A DNA stretch of 47,353 bases. It comes from Promethearchaeota archaeon. Lineage in GTDB: Archaea > Asgardarchaeota > Lokiarchaeia > Sigyniarchaeales > SOKP01. The position numbers and the translations under genes were made by a program. Position 1 is the first letter of the stretch; each line of letters begins with the position of its first letter. The notes beneath the pieces were generated by a model that was not told the DNA's origin, did no database searches, and saw nothing but the letters and a program-made list of their open reading frames with translations. The stretch covers positions 1-47,353 of the forward strand of contig JAEOTZ010000025.1 of NCBI GenBank assembly GCA_016839585.1. The letters run 5' to 3'. Positions 1 to 10,459 of this stretch are shown here, in pieces.

Positions 1-107
1 CTCCTGGAATAGTTCCTATTATTGAACTTGACACTTTTAAAAGTATTGAACTAAACTTAAAAAATAATAATTAACTATTATGATATCATAAAAGAAATTG
101 AATTCTA

Positions 108-791
108 ATGAAATTTACAATTCCTCGCAATAATAGTACCGAATTATTACTTTATATTTGGAAAATAATAGATCTTCCTATTATTTCGCAGAATGATCTT
201 CTATATAAATTATCATTTGAATTATTCCTTTTTTCGCCAGAGGAGGTTATAACTTTCATCAATGGATGTACTGAAAATAAATCATTGATAAAGGATGCAA
301 ATAATAATCTTAAATTATCAAATATTTTAAAGCAAAAACTGAAAAATTGGCAAAATAAAAGAAAACAAGAAATATTAGAGAAAATACATTCAATTAAGAA
401 AATAACCATAATAGAAAAGCAAACTGAAAATGGAGCTGCAACTAATTTTAATGTCCTAATAAAAGCTTTCTTAGATAAAGGAACGTTAAATAGAGCAGCA
501 TCAATATCCAATAATGCGTTTGATTTAATTGAGTTTAATCTATCCAAAGGAATAATTAAAGCTAATGTTTTAGGCTCAAAAGAAGAATCTTACATAATCG
601 AGATAGATATTAATAACAAAAGTATACGTCATAATTGTCATGATTTTGAAACTAGAAGAGCAGAGAACAAAAAATTCTGTAAACATATAGCGAAATTATT
701 TCTCCTTTTAAAAGAAAAAAATTCGAAAACCACTGAGATTTTCCTTAATAATATTGCAACCAATATTGATAAATGGGAATTTACCACTTAA
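108..791 (+). CDS. SWIM zinc-finger domain protein
   Basis: C-terminal GSKEESYII...HNCHDF-x9-FCKHIAKL resembles the SWIM CxC-xn-CxH pattern, with the first Cys replaced by His. Confidence 0.7.
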   Translation: MKFTIPRNNSTELLLYIWKIIDLPIISQNDLLYKLSFELFLFSPEEVITFINGCTENKSLIKDANNNLKLSNILKQKLKNWQNKRKQEILEKIHSIKKITIIEKQTENGAATNFNVLIKAFLDKGTLNRAASISNNAFDLIEFNLSKGIIKANVLGSKEESYIIEIDINNKSIRHNCHDFETRRAENKKFCKHIAKLFLLLKEKNSKTTEIFLNNIATNIDKWEFTT

Positions 792-792
792 G

Positions 793-2100
793 TTAAATCA
801 ACTTTTTAAAAATATTATCCTTTAGTTTAACTTTATCTGATTGCAATAAAATCGGTTTGTAATTTAAAATACCCTTAATTTTTTCAATTTCAGAAAGTAC
901 ACTTTCTAATAATTTTATTTCAATATCTAGTTTAATTATTTTAGTTCTTCCATAATGACCCATTGACTTAACTTCAGCAGAGATTATTCCAGCTAAAGTT
1001 AATTCATTTATATAATCACTTATTCTTCTTTTTGTCAATTGTCTAATATTTGGAATTAATCTCTTTATTTCTGAATGAATTTCATAAATATCACCAGATA
1101 TAATAATATGCTCAGGACTAAATTTAGAAATTAAATATATTGTTGTTAAGATTATTTGCGCTTGTAATGGAATTCCTCTTATATATTCAATAATATAATC
1201 ATTTTCTAAATCAGCTTGAGCTTTTTCAACATACTTTGAAGAAATTATTTTATTTTGGCTTCTCTCAGCCAATTCTCCTGCTTTTCTTAACAATTGAAGC
1301 GCTTTTCTAGCATCTCCATGTTCTTTAGCTGCAAAAGCTGCACATAAAGGTATAACATCTTCCTTTAACACACCTTCATGAAAAGTTATTTTTGCTCTAT
1401 TATTTAGAATGTCTCTTAATTCACTTGCATTATAAGAAGGAAAAACTATATGTTCTTCGCCTAAACTTGATAATATTCTTGGATCTAGGTTTTCTTTAAA
1501 CTTCAATTTATTAGAAATTCCAATAAGACTTGTTTTACATTTATCTAAGTTTTCATTTAATCTAGTAAGATCATATAAAATTTCATTTCCGCCTTTTTTA
1601 TTTACTAAAATATCTATTTCGTCTAATACTAAGAAGCAGATTGAATTCCCAACTTTTGAGTCTAGTAAACCTAGTAGTTTTTTGAAAATAATATCTTTTG
1701 GAAGTCCAGTAGGTGGAATTTTCTCCTCTCGTGAAATTGTGTTATAAATATGAGCTAAAATACGATAAGGAGTAGATACAATATTACAATTAATATAAAC
1801 CCACCAAGGCTTTAGCTCTGAGCATTGCTGTGCCAATTTTTGGCTCACATATCTTATAGTTGCAGTTTTACCAGTTCCTGTCATACCATAACATAAAAAA
1901 CTTGGAGGCGTATCACCTAATAAAGCACATGCCGTTTTTTCTGCAATATCTTTTATTTGAATATCTCGGTGTGGTAGTTCTTCTGGAATATATGATGATT
2001 CCAATGCGTCGCGATTATTAAAAATTCTGGGTCCTTTAAGATAATTCTTGTAAAATTTATCAATATTAAATTGATGATCATTGCTATGATTTTTCAACAA
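793..2100 (-). CDS. cdc6: Cdc6/Orc1 replication initiator
   Basis: YIPEELPHRD, Walker A GMTGTGKT, YINC, Walker B VLDEID, GDARKAL, C-terminal winged helix with GHYGRT. Confidence 0.97.
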   Translation of the reverse strand: MLKNHSNDHQFNIDKFYKNYLKGPRIFNNRDALESSYIPEELPHRDIQIKDIAEKTACALLGDTPPSFLCYGMTGTGKTATIRYVSQKLAQQCSELKPWWVYINCNIVSTPYRILAHIYNTISREEKIPPTGLPKDIIFKKLLGLLDSKVGNSICFLVLDEIDILVNKKGGNEILYDLTRLNENLDKCKTSLIGISNKLKFKENLDPRILSSLGEEHIVFPSYNASELRDILNNRAKITFHEGVLKEDVIPLCAAFAAKEHGDARKALQLLRKAGELAERSQNKIISSKYVEKAQADLENDYIIEYIRGIPLQAQIILTTIYLISKFSPEHIIISGDIYEIHSEIKRLIPNIRQLTKRRISDYINELTLAGIISAEVKSMGHYGRTKIIKLDIEIKLLESVLSEIEKIKGILNYKPILLQSDKVKLKDNIFKKLI

Positions 2101-2433
2101 GTATTAGCACCATTGATTCACAATTTTTATCAAAATTTTTCCATTCGAAATTAATTTACATAAGAGCTATTTCTATTGCATTTATAAAGTTAATTATTAA
2201 TCTTAAAATTAATAGAAAAATGTTAACGATTTAATAGTTGATTTTGTTAAATCTTTTCAATAATTTATAATATTATTGTCGTGCTTTTAAAGGATAATTA
2301 TTTATTGAGCAATATTTATTAAGATCTGATTAACCACCTAATCATTTAAAAAATATTTAATTCAATTAAATATTTGATTAAATACATAAATTTTCAAATA
2401 AAATAATCTCCTTTATTAAGGTTTTATAATAAA

Positions 2434-3204
2434 TTGCCTGTTAATGATACGTTAAAAGAAGTGGAGAAAAATAATAAAAAAATAGCAATAATTTTAGCAA
2501 TTTTATTTGCTTGCTTAATTTTAGCAGATTATGTTGTAATATCAGTTTTGTTTAAATGGGCAGATTGGATTGCACTTTTAATATTTAGCTTATTACTAAT
2601 TGTGCCTGCTTATATATCTAACGCATCAATGGTAATTACTGGTGGGGGTAAACCCATTGACGGTGGACGAACTTTTCGCGATGGAAGGAGAATATTTGGA
2701 GATCATAAAACTTGGAATGGTTTAAAAGGACCTTTATATATTGGCATTCCAATTTCCTTTTTCCTTTTTCTACTTTTTACAATCGTATGGGCCCCTATAA
2801 AAGAAGTTATTGTTGATGCTGCTGCTCAAGGACAATATCTTCTTTATGATGATGTAAAAATATTTGAATACTATTTTAAAGGAGGACAAATTCCTGTAAA
2901 TTTCTTAGTGTTAATAATCCGAATCTTATTAGCTTCCTATGGTGCCGTTTTGGGTGATTTAATTGGTTCTTTTTTAAAAAGAAGATATGATATTAAGAGT
3001 GGAGCTCCTTTTTGGATTGTAGATCAGTTAGATTTTGCTTTAATGGCAATACTTTTTGTCTCTGTTCTAGGATTCATTTCACCAAGCTTATTTTTAATAC
3101 CAGATATTCATATTATCATCTTTTTGCTCATAATAACTCCGGCAGTTAGCATTATAGCAAATACTATCGCCTATGTAATTGGTTTGAAGGATGTTCCTTG
3201 GTAA
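2434..3204 (+). CDS. carS: CDP-archaeol synthase (DUF46)
   Basis: PAYISN, PIDGGRTFRDGRRIFGDHKTWNG, GDLIGSFLKRR, DQLDF, C-terminal GLKDVPW; multiple TM segments. Confidence 0.95.
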   Translation: MPVNDTLKEVEKNNKKIAIILAILFACLILADYVVISVLFKWADWIALLIFSLLLIVPAYISNASMVITGGGKPIDGGRTFRDGRRIFGDHKTWNGLKGPLYIGIPISFFLFLLFTIVWAPIKEVIVDAAAQGQYLLYDDVKIFEYYFKGGQIPVNFLVLIIRILLASYGAVLGDLIGSFLKRRYDIKSGAPFWIVDQLDFALMAILFVSVLGFISPSLFLIPDIHIIIFLLIITPAVSIIANTIAYVIGLKDVPW

Positions 3205-3212
3205 AATTGAGA

Positions 3213-3713
3213 TTATAAACTAACAACCTTACATACTATTTTAATAGGAGTACCATTATTTTCAAAAATTACGAAATTTTCTAATAATCTATTTACAGCT
3301 TTAATATAATCTCCATTACACCCGATAGCAATTGCTCTTTCCTCATAAGAAAGTACTCCAACTACTATATACTTTTTACCTGTGAATACATTCATTTCTA
3401 TCGCAATATTATGTATGTAAAGATCTGGGAAAAATCCTATTAATAATTTAATTAAAGTGTTTTCTGCTCTAATTATTATTAGTTTTTTATCTTGGAACTG
3501 CCTTCTTATATATTTTAAACTCTTATTTGCTTTAAAATAATATTCATTTCTAACAAAAAAGAATACAAATTTCCCTATTATAATAACATTATGGGGATAA
3601 ACTTTAGTTCTTTCATGAAAATACTTAAAAAGTAGAAGTTCTTTATTAGAAAATCTTTTACGGAAATGGATAATTTGATAATAAATTAAATCATCTAAAA
3701 TGGTAAAAAGCAT
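3213..3713 (-). CDS. Archaeal NusA-like KH-domain protein (divergent)
   Basis: EERAIAIGCNGDYIKAVNRL KH GxxG loop; size typical of archaeal NusA. Confidence 0.65.
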   Translation of the reverse strand: MLFTILDDLIYYQIIHFRKRFSNKELLLFKYFHERTKVYPHNVIIIGKFVFFFVRNEYYFKANKSLKYIRRQFQDKKLIIIRAENTLIKLLIGFFPDLYIHNIAIEMNVFTGKKYIVVGVLSYEERAIAIGCNGDYIKAVNRLLENFVIFENNGTPIKIVCKVVSL

Positions 3714-3855
3714 GATATAAAATTTCTCTAAATAATTATTATTAAGATTTCTCTGAATAGTTTTAAAAACTTCTAGAAAAATCTTTCTAAAAACTAAGAA
3801 AATAATTAAATAAAAATGTTTATTGATTGATATTCATAAATATTATTTATAAAAG

Positions 3856-4293
3856 ATGAAACAAGTAGGTTTTAGGTTCTTGGATCATACGGCAGATGTG
3901 AGTGTCGAGAGTTGGGGTTCTAATTTAGAGGAGGCTTTTTCTCAAACAGCTCTAAGTTTAATGACTACTATTACCCCAGATTTAGACCAAATTTCACCAA
4001 AAATAGAAAAAAAAATTCAAATTGAAGCAGAAGATAAAGAAGCCTTGCTTTTTGATTTCCTTTCTGAATTTCTTTATTTATTTGATGTTTATGATTTAGT
4101 ATTTGGTGATATAATAGTACAAACAATTAAAAAAAGCCAAAACAGATATAAATTACAGGCACTTTTAAAAGGAGAGAAATTTGATAAGAAAAAACATAAA
4201 ATTGGAACAGAAGTAAAAGCAATAACATATTCTTTTATGAATATTGAAGAAAAAAAGAATAAAGTCAAAATAAATATTGTTTTTGATATTTAA
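3856..4293 (+). CDS. Archease
   Basis: FLDHTADV at N-terminus, EVKAITY and terminal VFDI. Confidence 0.96.
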   Translation: MKQVGFRFLDHTADVSVESWGSNLEEAFSQTALSLMTTITPDLDQISPKIEKKIQIEAEDKEALLFDFLSEFLYLFDVYDLVFGDIIVQTIKKSQNRYKLQALLKGEKFDKKKHKIGTEVKAITYSFMNIEEKKNKVKINIVFDI

Positions 4294-4307
4294 TTCAATT
4301 AAAGATT

Positions 4308-5792
4308 TTAACCCTTCACTACACCTATAGGAACTAGCCTGACAATCTTTTCAATAATTTCAAGATTATGACTGACTTGTACAACTTGATCAATATCTTT
4401 ATATGCTCCAGGCGCTTCTTCCGCTAATATCTTCATTGAAGCGCTCATTACTAAAATTCCTTTTTTTGCTAAGTCCTCTTTTATTTGTGCACCCCAATAT
4501 TTTTTAGTAGCTTTTGTTCTTGACATCATTCTTCCAGAACCATGAGCAGTAGAACCAAAGGAGAGCTCCATAGCCTTTGGTTTACCAACACATAAATATG
4601 AAGCAGAACCCATCGTTCCCGGAATTAAAGCAGGTTGTCCTATCGATTTATAATCATTAGGTAAATCTGGGTGTCCTGGGGGAAATGCTCTTGTTGCTCC
4701 TTTTCGATGCACATTTAATTTCATTCTTGTACCATTAATCTCATGTTCTTCTATCTTTAAAATATTATGACACACACCATAAATTAAATGTAAATCTAAT
4801 GCATCAAAATCTTTTTTAAAGGTATTTTGAAACGATTCTCTTATCCAATGAGTAATTAATTGACGGTTAGTAAAGCCAAAATTAGCCGCACATGCCATGC
4901 TAGATAAGTAATTTTTTGCTTCAGGAGTATTCGCTGGAACACAAGCTAATTCTCTATCTGGAACCTTAACATTATATTTATGCATTGCCTGTTCAATGTT
5001 CCGCAGGGAATCTGTACAAACTTGATGTCCTAAAGCTCTACTTCCCGTATGTATCATAATAGTGATCTGATTTTTCTTAATGATTCCTAAGGCTTTAGCG
5101 ATCTTTTCGTTATAGATTTCATCAACTTTTTGAATCTCAAGAAAATGATTTCCACTTCCTAATGATCCAAGCTGTTTAATTGCTCGTTGTTTAGCCTTTT
5201 GGGATATTAATTTGGCATCAGCACCCATTAAACAACCCCCTTCTTCACAATGTTTAAGGTCCTCTTCATTTGCATAGCCCTTATCTAGAGCCCAATTCAT
5301 TCCATCGTTTAAAACATTATCTAAATCTGAATAACTAATATTTAATTTACCTTTGGATCCTAATCCTGAAGGAATATTTTTAAATATTGTACCTAATAAA
5401 CTTGGAAGTATACTTCGAACATCATTAAGCATTAAATTAGATCTTAATAATCTTACACCACAATTTATATCATAACCTACACCTCCAGGAGAAATCATAC
5501 CATCTTCCGCGTCTGTACCTGCAACTCCCCCAATACAAAACCCATATCCTTGATGAGCATCTGAAAGTGCAATAGCGTGCTTCTGTATCCCAGGTAAACA
5601 TGCGACATTAGTAATTTGATCTAAAGTTCGATCTGATCTTATTTTTTCTAAAATATAATCATTAGCGTATATATGAACTGGCACTCTCATCTGAAATTTT
5701 TCAATTTTCCCTCGAATTCGTGCCATTAAAGTTTTAGGAGCTATTTCATAAATATTTTCTTCAATCTTATTAACATTCATCTTAAATTTCAT
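4308..5792 (-). CDS. rtcB: RtcB RNA-splicing ligase
   Basis: DAHQGYGFCIGG, GVGYDINCG, GSLGSGNHF, HTGSR, HRKGATRA, HGSGR, EEAPGAYK. Confidence 0.98.
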   Translation of the reverse strand: MKFKMNVNKIEENIYEIAPKTLMARIRGKIEKFQMRVPVHIYANDYILEKIRSDRTLDQITNVACLPGIQKHAIALSDAHQGYGFCIGGVAGTDAEDGMISPGGVGYDINCGVRLLRSNLMLNDVRSILPSLLGTIFKNIPSGLGSKGKLNISYSDLDNVLNDGMNWALDKGYANEEDLKHCEEGGCLMGADAKLISQKAKQRAIKQLGSLGSGNHFLEIQKVDEIYNEKIAKALGIIKKNQITIMIHTGSRALGHQVCTDSLRNIEQAMHKYNVKVPDRELACVPANTPEAKNYLSSMACAANFGFTNRQLITHWIRESFQNTFKKDFDALDLHLIYGVCHNILKIEEHEINGTRMKLNVHRKGATRAFPPGHPDLPNDYKSIGQPALIPGTMGSASYLCVGKPKAMELSFGSTAHGSGRMMSRTKATKKYWGAQIKEDLAKKGILVMSASMKILAEEAPGAYKDIDQVVQVSHNLEIIEKIVRLVPIGVVKG

Positions 5793-5920
5793 AAGAAATA
5801 AATTTTCAAAAACTTTTTGATTTAGTTCTATAAAATTTAAAGATTTTTAGATTTCAAGTTTAAGAAATAAATTTAATTAATATATGATAAAAAGGTTTCC
5901 TTAAAAAATAGATTAATGTC

Positions 5921-6646
5921 TTATTTTATTTCTATAAAAGATAGCAATTCTAAATTATCTAAACTGTCCATAATCCTCTGTATCTCCGACTCTGGTCGAC
6001 CTGATTCTTCTGCAATCTCAGACAATGTATGGAAACCATCCGCTAAGTGAGCTATTTTGAATTCTTGCTTATCTAAGAATCCCTGAGTAATTATTTGTTT
6101 AGGTAATCTGTTCGATGTCCACTCTAGCTTCTTATCAGTAACCTCTCGCAAATCTTCTTCAGAAATCACTAATCCTTTCTTAGCTATTTGCTTCTGCGAT
6201 TTGCGAAAATCCCTCTCAAATATCTTTAATATTGGAATCTTTAGCTTTAATTCGGCTACTCTACCAACTTTTAAGATTTCATCAATTACAGGTTCGAAAC
6301 CTCGAAATATTCTGACATCCCCAGACCAACCGTCAAGTTTAGCACCGTATTTAGCAGCAAATCTGTCAATAATATCCGTTAATGCTTTATGTGTAATCTT
6401 AGCATCATCATTTTTATCTGCCGCAGCCGTACACAATACTCCTTCCTTAAAGACTAATAACAAATAAAAAACCTGCATGTCAATCACCTTCAATTCCCCC
6501 GATCCCTTCGAGAACTCGACGCTAAAATCCTTTAAGGCGGTAAGAAAACCGCTAACTAAATCTTGATTAAACTCTATTGTCCCATACTTCCTATGGATTA
6601 AACAAATCCCCGTGTATTGGTGGATAAGGTATAGATTGTGAATCAA
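5921..6646 (-). CDS. Longin-domain protein with C-terminal winged helix
   Basis: N-terminal LYLIHQYTGICL...DLVSGFLTALKDF is typical of Asgard longin domains; C-terminal ADGFHTLSEIAEESGRPESEIQRIMDSL HTH; GGTGA upstream of the TTG start. Confidence 0.75.
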   Translation of the reverse strand: MIHNLYLIHQYTGICLIHRKYGTIEFNQDLVSGFLTALKDFSVEFSKGSGELKVIDMQVFYLLLVFKEGVLCTAAADKNDDAKITHKALTDIIDRFAAKYGAKLDGWSGDVRIFRGFEPVIDEILKVGRVAELKLKIPILKIFERDFRKSQKQIAKKGLVISEEDLREVTDKKLEWTSNRLPKQIITQGFLDKQEFKIAHLADGFHTLSEIAEESGRPESEIQRIMDSLDNLELLSFIEIK

Positions 6647-6882
6647 ACGGTTATTTCACCTCTTATTTTCAGTTTTTCACTTGATTATTATTTTTAAAAA
6701 TTATTCTAATTGTATATTTAATAATACTTTACTAATTTAAATTTCTTTATAAGTAAAAGAAGTTATCATTTATCTTATTTCGTAATTCTTTAATAGTTAA
6801 ATGTAAAGATAAATAATAGAAAAACAATTAATTCCTAATTAATTCATTACTCATAAGTAATTATAGAAAAACAATATTTAAA

Positions 6883-7197
6883 ATGAATTTTTACCTATTC
6901 TTGGCTACCGTGCCCAATTTTGAAGAAGGACAAAGAATTGCAAGAATTTTAGTTGAGAGTAAACTAGCTGCTTGTGTCAATATAATAAAAGATATTTTTT
7001 CTCTCTATAAATGGAAGGGAAAAATTGAAGAAGACAATGAATATCTACTACTAATCAAAACAGTAGAAGAGAAAAGTGATCTGTTAATTCGAAAAATTAA
7101 CGAAATTCATAGCTATGAGACACCTGAATGTATAGGATTTAAAATCGAAAAAGGTTCTGAAAAATATCTAAATTGGATTAAAGAAGTTGTGAAATGA
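6883..7197 (+). CDS. cutA: Divalent-cation tolerance protein CutA
   Basis: LVESKLAACVNI, SLYKWKG, LLIKT, HSYETPE. Confidence 0.96.
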   Translation: MNFYLFLATVPNFEEGQRIARILVESKLAACVNIIKDIFSLYKWKGKIEEDNEYLLLIKTVEEKSDLLIRKINEIHSYETPECIGFKIEKGSEKYLNWIKEVVK

Positions 7198-7220
7198 ATT
7201 AATTCAAAAATTTTTAAACT

Positions 7221-8057
7221 ATGTCAACAGACATTTTTCAATTAGACTGGATATTTATTGATACGATAATAATTATCCTGTTAATTTTATTATTACTTGG
7301 GGTTAAGGGATATAAACTAACACATCGCTGGAGATTTTCTTTTTCCAATGAAGCAATAGAATATACTTTCTACCGTAAACCACCATTAAAAATCGATGAT
7401 CAATCTATATCTACTAGTAAATGGACTTTAACAAGAAATATCTTTTTAAGAGAAGAGAGTAATAAGAAACCAACAATTGTAATTCTAAGAACAAATTATA
7501 AGAAACGATTGCTTTATATTTTAACTGAGGGGTTAAGTAGTTATGGTTTTAATGTTATTAACTTAAGACTTAAAATTAGGCTTGATAAAAAAGATAATCA
7601 GTTTGATACAACCCTCATAACTAGTATTAGGCGTTTAATTTCAATTATAATAGATTTTTTCAAAGAAAAAGACTCAGCATTTAATTTTAATTATACATTG
7701 CTAAATTATTCAAAATCATCTCTCTCTTACACATCGATATTAACTGATCCAAAAAATTGTGGAATGATATTAATTAATCCGAAATTAAATGATGAAAATA
7801 TTAAGAATTATAATAATCTATTCGATTCCTCTCATCTAAATTCGCAATTATTTTCAATATTTAGTAAAAGATCAATTTTTATTTTTAATAATAAAAACTT
7901 AAAGCGATTCTTAAACCTATATAATCATCAAAAAGAAAAGAAGCTCAACATAATAACAATAAAAAAAGCGAATTATTCATTTAATTATTATGAAACCATC
8001 CTTCTAGGTATGATTATAAACTTAATAGAGAATAAATTATTGAATACGAAAAATTGA
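7221..8057 (+). CDS. Membrane-anchored hypothetical protein, possibly a degenerate alpha/beta-hydrolase fold
   Basis: N-terminal TM helix; PTIVIL...LSSYGFNVINL...GMILINP strand pattern but no GxSxG. Confidence 0.5.
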   Translation: MSTDIFQLDWIFIDTIIIILLILLLLGVKGYKLTHRWRFSFSNEAIEYTFYRKPPLKIDDQSISTSKWTLTRNIFLREESNKKPTIVILRTNYKKRLLYILTEGLSSYGFNVINLRLKIRLDKKDNQFDTTLITSIRRLISIIIDFFKEKDSAFNFNYTLLNYSKSSLSYTSILTDPKNCGMILINPKLNDENIKNYNNLFDSSHLNSQLFSIFSKRSIFIFNNKNLKRFLNLYNHQKEKKLNIITIKKANYSFNYYETILLGMIINLIENKLLNTKN

Positions 8058-8066
8058 AATTAATTT

Positions 8067-8774
8067 ATGAAAAAAGAAAAAATTTTAAGAGATCATTATA
8101 ACACCATATCATATTCAAAAGCTCATTGGTCTCTCTTAAAAGAAAAAAGAGAGAATGCTATTAAATTATTAGAAATATTTATTAAGGAAGGTTTTAAACC
8201 TTATGTGCATGGAAGTGTTGCCCGTGGTGATATTCATAAAGCTAGTGATATTGATATAATATTTCTGGCGCAAATACCAGTATTTCAGATTGAATTTATC
8301 TTAAATAAAAATGGATTTGAAAATTATTTTAGAGAAATCATAATGGCAACTCCACTAGATGTAATAAAATTGTATATTCATTTAAGCGAATTAGAATCCA
8401 TAACTGTTCCTTTATCTAAAATTGATAAAAAATTTATAGAATTTTATGATTTTGGAGGTAAAATTAATTTGAATCAATTAAAATCAGATATTAGAGTTGC
8501 TGGAATAGATAAAAGATTAATATTAATCAAGCCCAATTTACAAGGGCATGATGAAATGTCGATTATAGGAAATGAAGCGATTGTAGCAAAGGAAGTAAAT
8601 ATAAGTATTAATGCTGTTAATGAACGTAAAAAAATACTTCTGAGAAGAGAGAAATACGGAAGAACAGGAGTATTTCTAAAAAAAGAAATTCAGATTAATG
8701 AATCTACCGAAGAAATATTAAAAAAATTAGCCATTAGAAAATCTATTGTAAGAAAAAAATTATTCAAAAGATGA
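8067..8774 (+). CDS. Pol-beta-superfamily nucleotidyltransferase (archaeal COG2413-like)
   Basis: VHGSVARGDIHKASDIDI; FYDFGG, RVAGIDKRL, GRTGVF. Confidence 0.88.
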   Translation: MKKEKILRDHYNTISYSKAHWSLLKEKRENAIKLLEIFIKEGFKPYVHGSVARGDIHKASDIDIIFLAQIPVFQIEFILNKNGFENYFREIIMATPLDVIKLYIHLSELESITVPLSKIDKKFIEFYDFGGKINLNQLKSDIRVAGIDKRLILIKPNLQGHDEMSIIGNEAIVAKEVNISINAVNERKKILLRREKYGRTGVFLKKEIQINESTEEILKKLAIRKSIVRKKLFKR

Positions 8775-9922
8775 AAAAATCTAAAATAGTAGAAACTGAG
8801 AGTAATTCATTTTATATCAAAGGAAGAGGGATTCCCTTAGGATGTAAATTTTGTCTAAAAGGAGCTAAAGCCGTTTTATTCTTAAATGGAATTTGCCAAG
8901 GACCTAATCATTGTTCTTGGTATTGTCCTATTTCAGAAGAACGTAAAGGAAAAGATATTACTTACGCAGATGAGATACAAACGAATTCAAAAGAGGAGTT
9001 ACTTGAAGAAATTAATAAAATAAATGCAAAAGGAATGAGTATAACTGGAGGAGAACCACTTTTAGAAGCTAATTTAGAAAATACTCTTCAATACATTAGA
9101 TATGTTAAATTAAAAAAAGGAAAAAGGTTCCATATCCATCTTTACACAAATGGTATAAATTTTGATGAATCTATTGCTAATGAACTTGCTAAGGCAGGGT
9201 TGGATGAAATTAGATTCCATCCACCTAAAGAAAAGTGGGATAATATTAGAAATGCTTTAAATAAGGGAATGTATGTAGGAGCTGAAGTACCAGTTATTCC
9301 AGACAGAGATTATATAAAAACTCTTGAAGAATTTATAATTTTTTTAGATAAAATTGGAGCAGACTTTATAAATTTAAATGAATTTGAATTTTGTTTTCCT
9401 AATAGTGAAACATTAAAAAATAGAGGTTTTAAATTGAAGGAAGGCTCAATGGCATCTGTAGTTAACAGTCAAGAAACTGCCTTTAAAATGATTAAAAAAT
9501 TATATCCCTCTGTTTCTTTAAAAATACATTTCTGTTCTATAATGGCTAAAGATTATTATCAATTGAAAAATAGATACCTTAGAAGGGCAAAAAATATTAA
9601 ATTACCATTTGAAGTTATAACCGAAGAAGGTCTTTTAGTTTTTGCTCAATTAGAGGGGAAAGGAAAGAATTTGGAAGAGTTTCATAAGATTTTATTGTCT
9701 GAATTAAAAATCAACCAAAATCTCATATCATTTAACGGAGAAAATATGAAAATTCCATTTTATATTTTAATAAATAATGATTTCATATCTCTATTAGAAA
9801 AGTACCACTTACAAGGCTATATAGTAGAAATGACACCATTTAGAATTTCAAGATATCAGCAGATAACAGAAAAAAATCCTGTTAAAGAATTTAAAAAGGA
9901 ATATGGTTTTAATGAAAATTAA
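8771..9922 (+). CDS. Radical SAM protein (archaeal COG2108-like)
   Basis: GCKFCLKGAK, CQGPNHCSWYCP, ITGGEP, HLYTNG, LDEIRFHP, INLNEFE; ATGA overlap with the upstream gene. Confidence 0.9.
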   Translation: MKKSKIVETESNSFYIKGRGIPLGCKFCLKGAKAVLFLNGICQGPNHCSWYCPISEERKGKDITYADEIQTNSKEELLEEINKINAKGMSITGGEPLLEANLENTLQYIRYVKLKKGKRFHIHLYTNGINFDESIANELAKAGLDEIRFHPPKEKWDNIRNALNKGMYVGAEVPVIPDRDYIKTLEEFIIFLDKIGADFINLNEFEFCFPNSETLKNRGFKLKEGSMASVVNSQETAFKMIKKLYPSVSLKIHFCSIMAKDYYQLKNRYLRRAKNIKLPFEVITEEGLLVFAQLEGKGKNLEEFHKILLSELKINQNLISFNGENMKIPFYILINNDFISLLEKYHLQGYIVEMTPFRISRYQQITEKNPVKEFKKEYGFNEN

Positions 9923-10364
9923 AGATGTAAGTATCAGAGATTTAAGAAGTATTTCTAATCTCGAACATCAAATATTTAAAGAAAATGCTTTTTCAATAAA
10001 ATTAGTTGAAAAACTAATTCAGCAAAATACACTCTTTTTAAAGTTAGAGGATGGTAAAATTATGAAAAAGTTAATAGGATTTATAGTTGTCATAAAAGAT
10101 AGAGAAGATCAAGCCAATATAATTAATTTTCTTATTCATCCCCAATTTCAAAGCAAAGGGTATGGTTCATTACTTCTACAAGAAACGATAGAAAGAATTA
10201 AAAAAAGATTAAAGGAAATTAAAAAAATTGTTCTAAATGTCCAAGTAAATAATTCTATCGCAATAAAATTGTATGAAAAATTCAATTTTCAAAAAAACTC
10301 TAAATCGATAGAAAATTATTATCAATCGGGAGAAGATGCTTACTTAATGGAATTAAGCACTTAA
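9903..10364 (+). CDS. rimI: RimI-like GNAT N-acetyltransferase
   Basis: FQSKGYGSLLL, NSIAIKLYEKFNF, YYQSGEDAYLM; true start may be the ATG at 9912. Confidence 0.85.
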   Translation: MVLMKIKDVSIRDLRSISNLEHQIFKENAFSIKLVEKLIQQNTLFLKLEDGKIMKKLIGFIVVIKDREDQANIINFLIHPQFQSKGYGSLLLQETIERIKKRLKEIKKIVLNVQVNNSIAIKLYEKFNFQKNSKSIENYYQSGEDAYLMELST

Positions 10365-10459
10365 TTACTATAAACTAAAACTTATAAATAAATTCTATTA
10401 TAATATTCGTATAAAAAAATTATATTCTCTAATTAAAGATTTAAAGGTGTAATATAAAA

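Noticed and set aside
1-34. Possible start (GTG, VSSSIIGTIPG) of a minus-strand gene running off the window
   Set aside because: Too short to support
152-547. Antisense and alternate-frame ORFs in the track (also 6201, 11445, 12628, 13856, 13864, 16493, 16807, 17116, 17473, 18206, 18911, 19508, 20819, 23771, 24919, 24944, 26218, 26908, 27206, 28010, 29776, 34187, 37048, 39130, 39598, 40527, 40537, 41599, 44055, 45680)
   Set aside because: They overlap better-supported genes and have shadow-frame composition with no motifs
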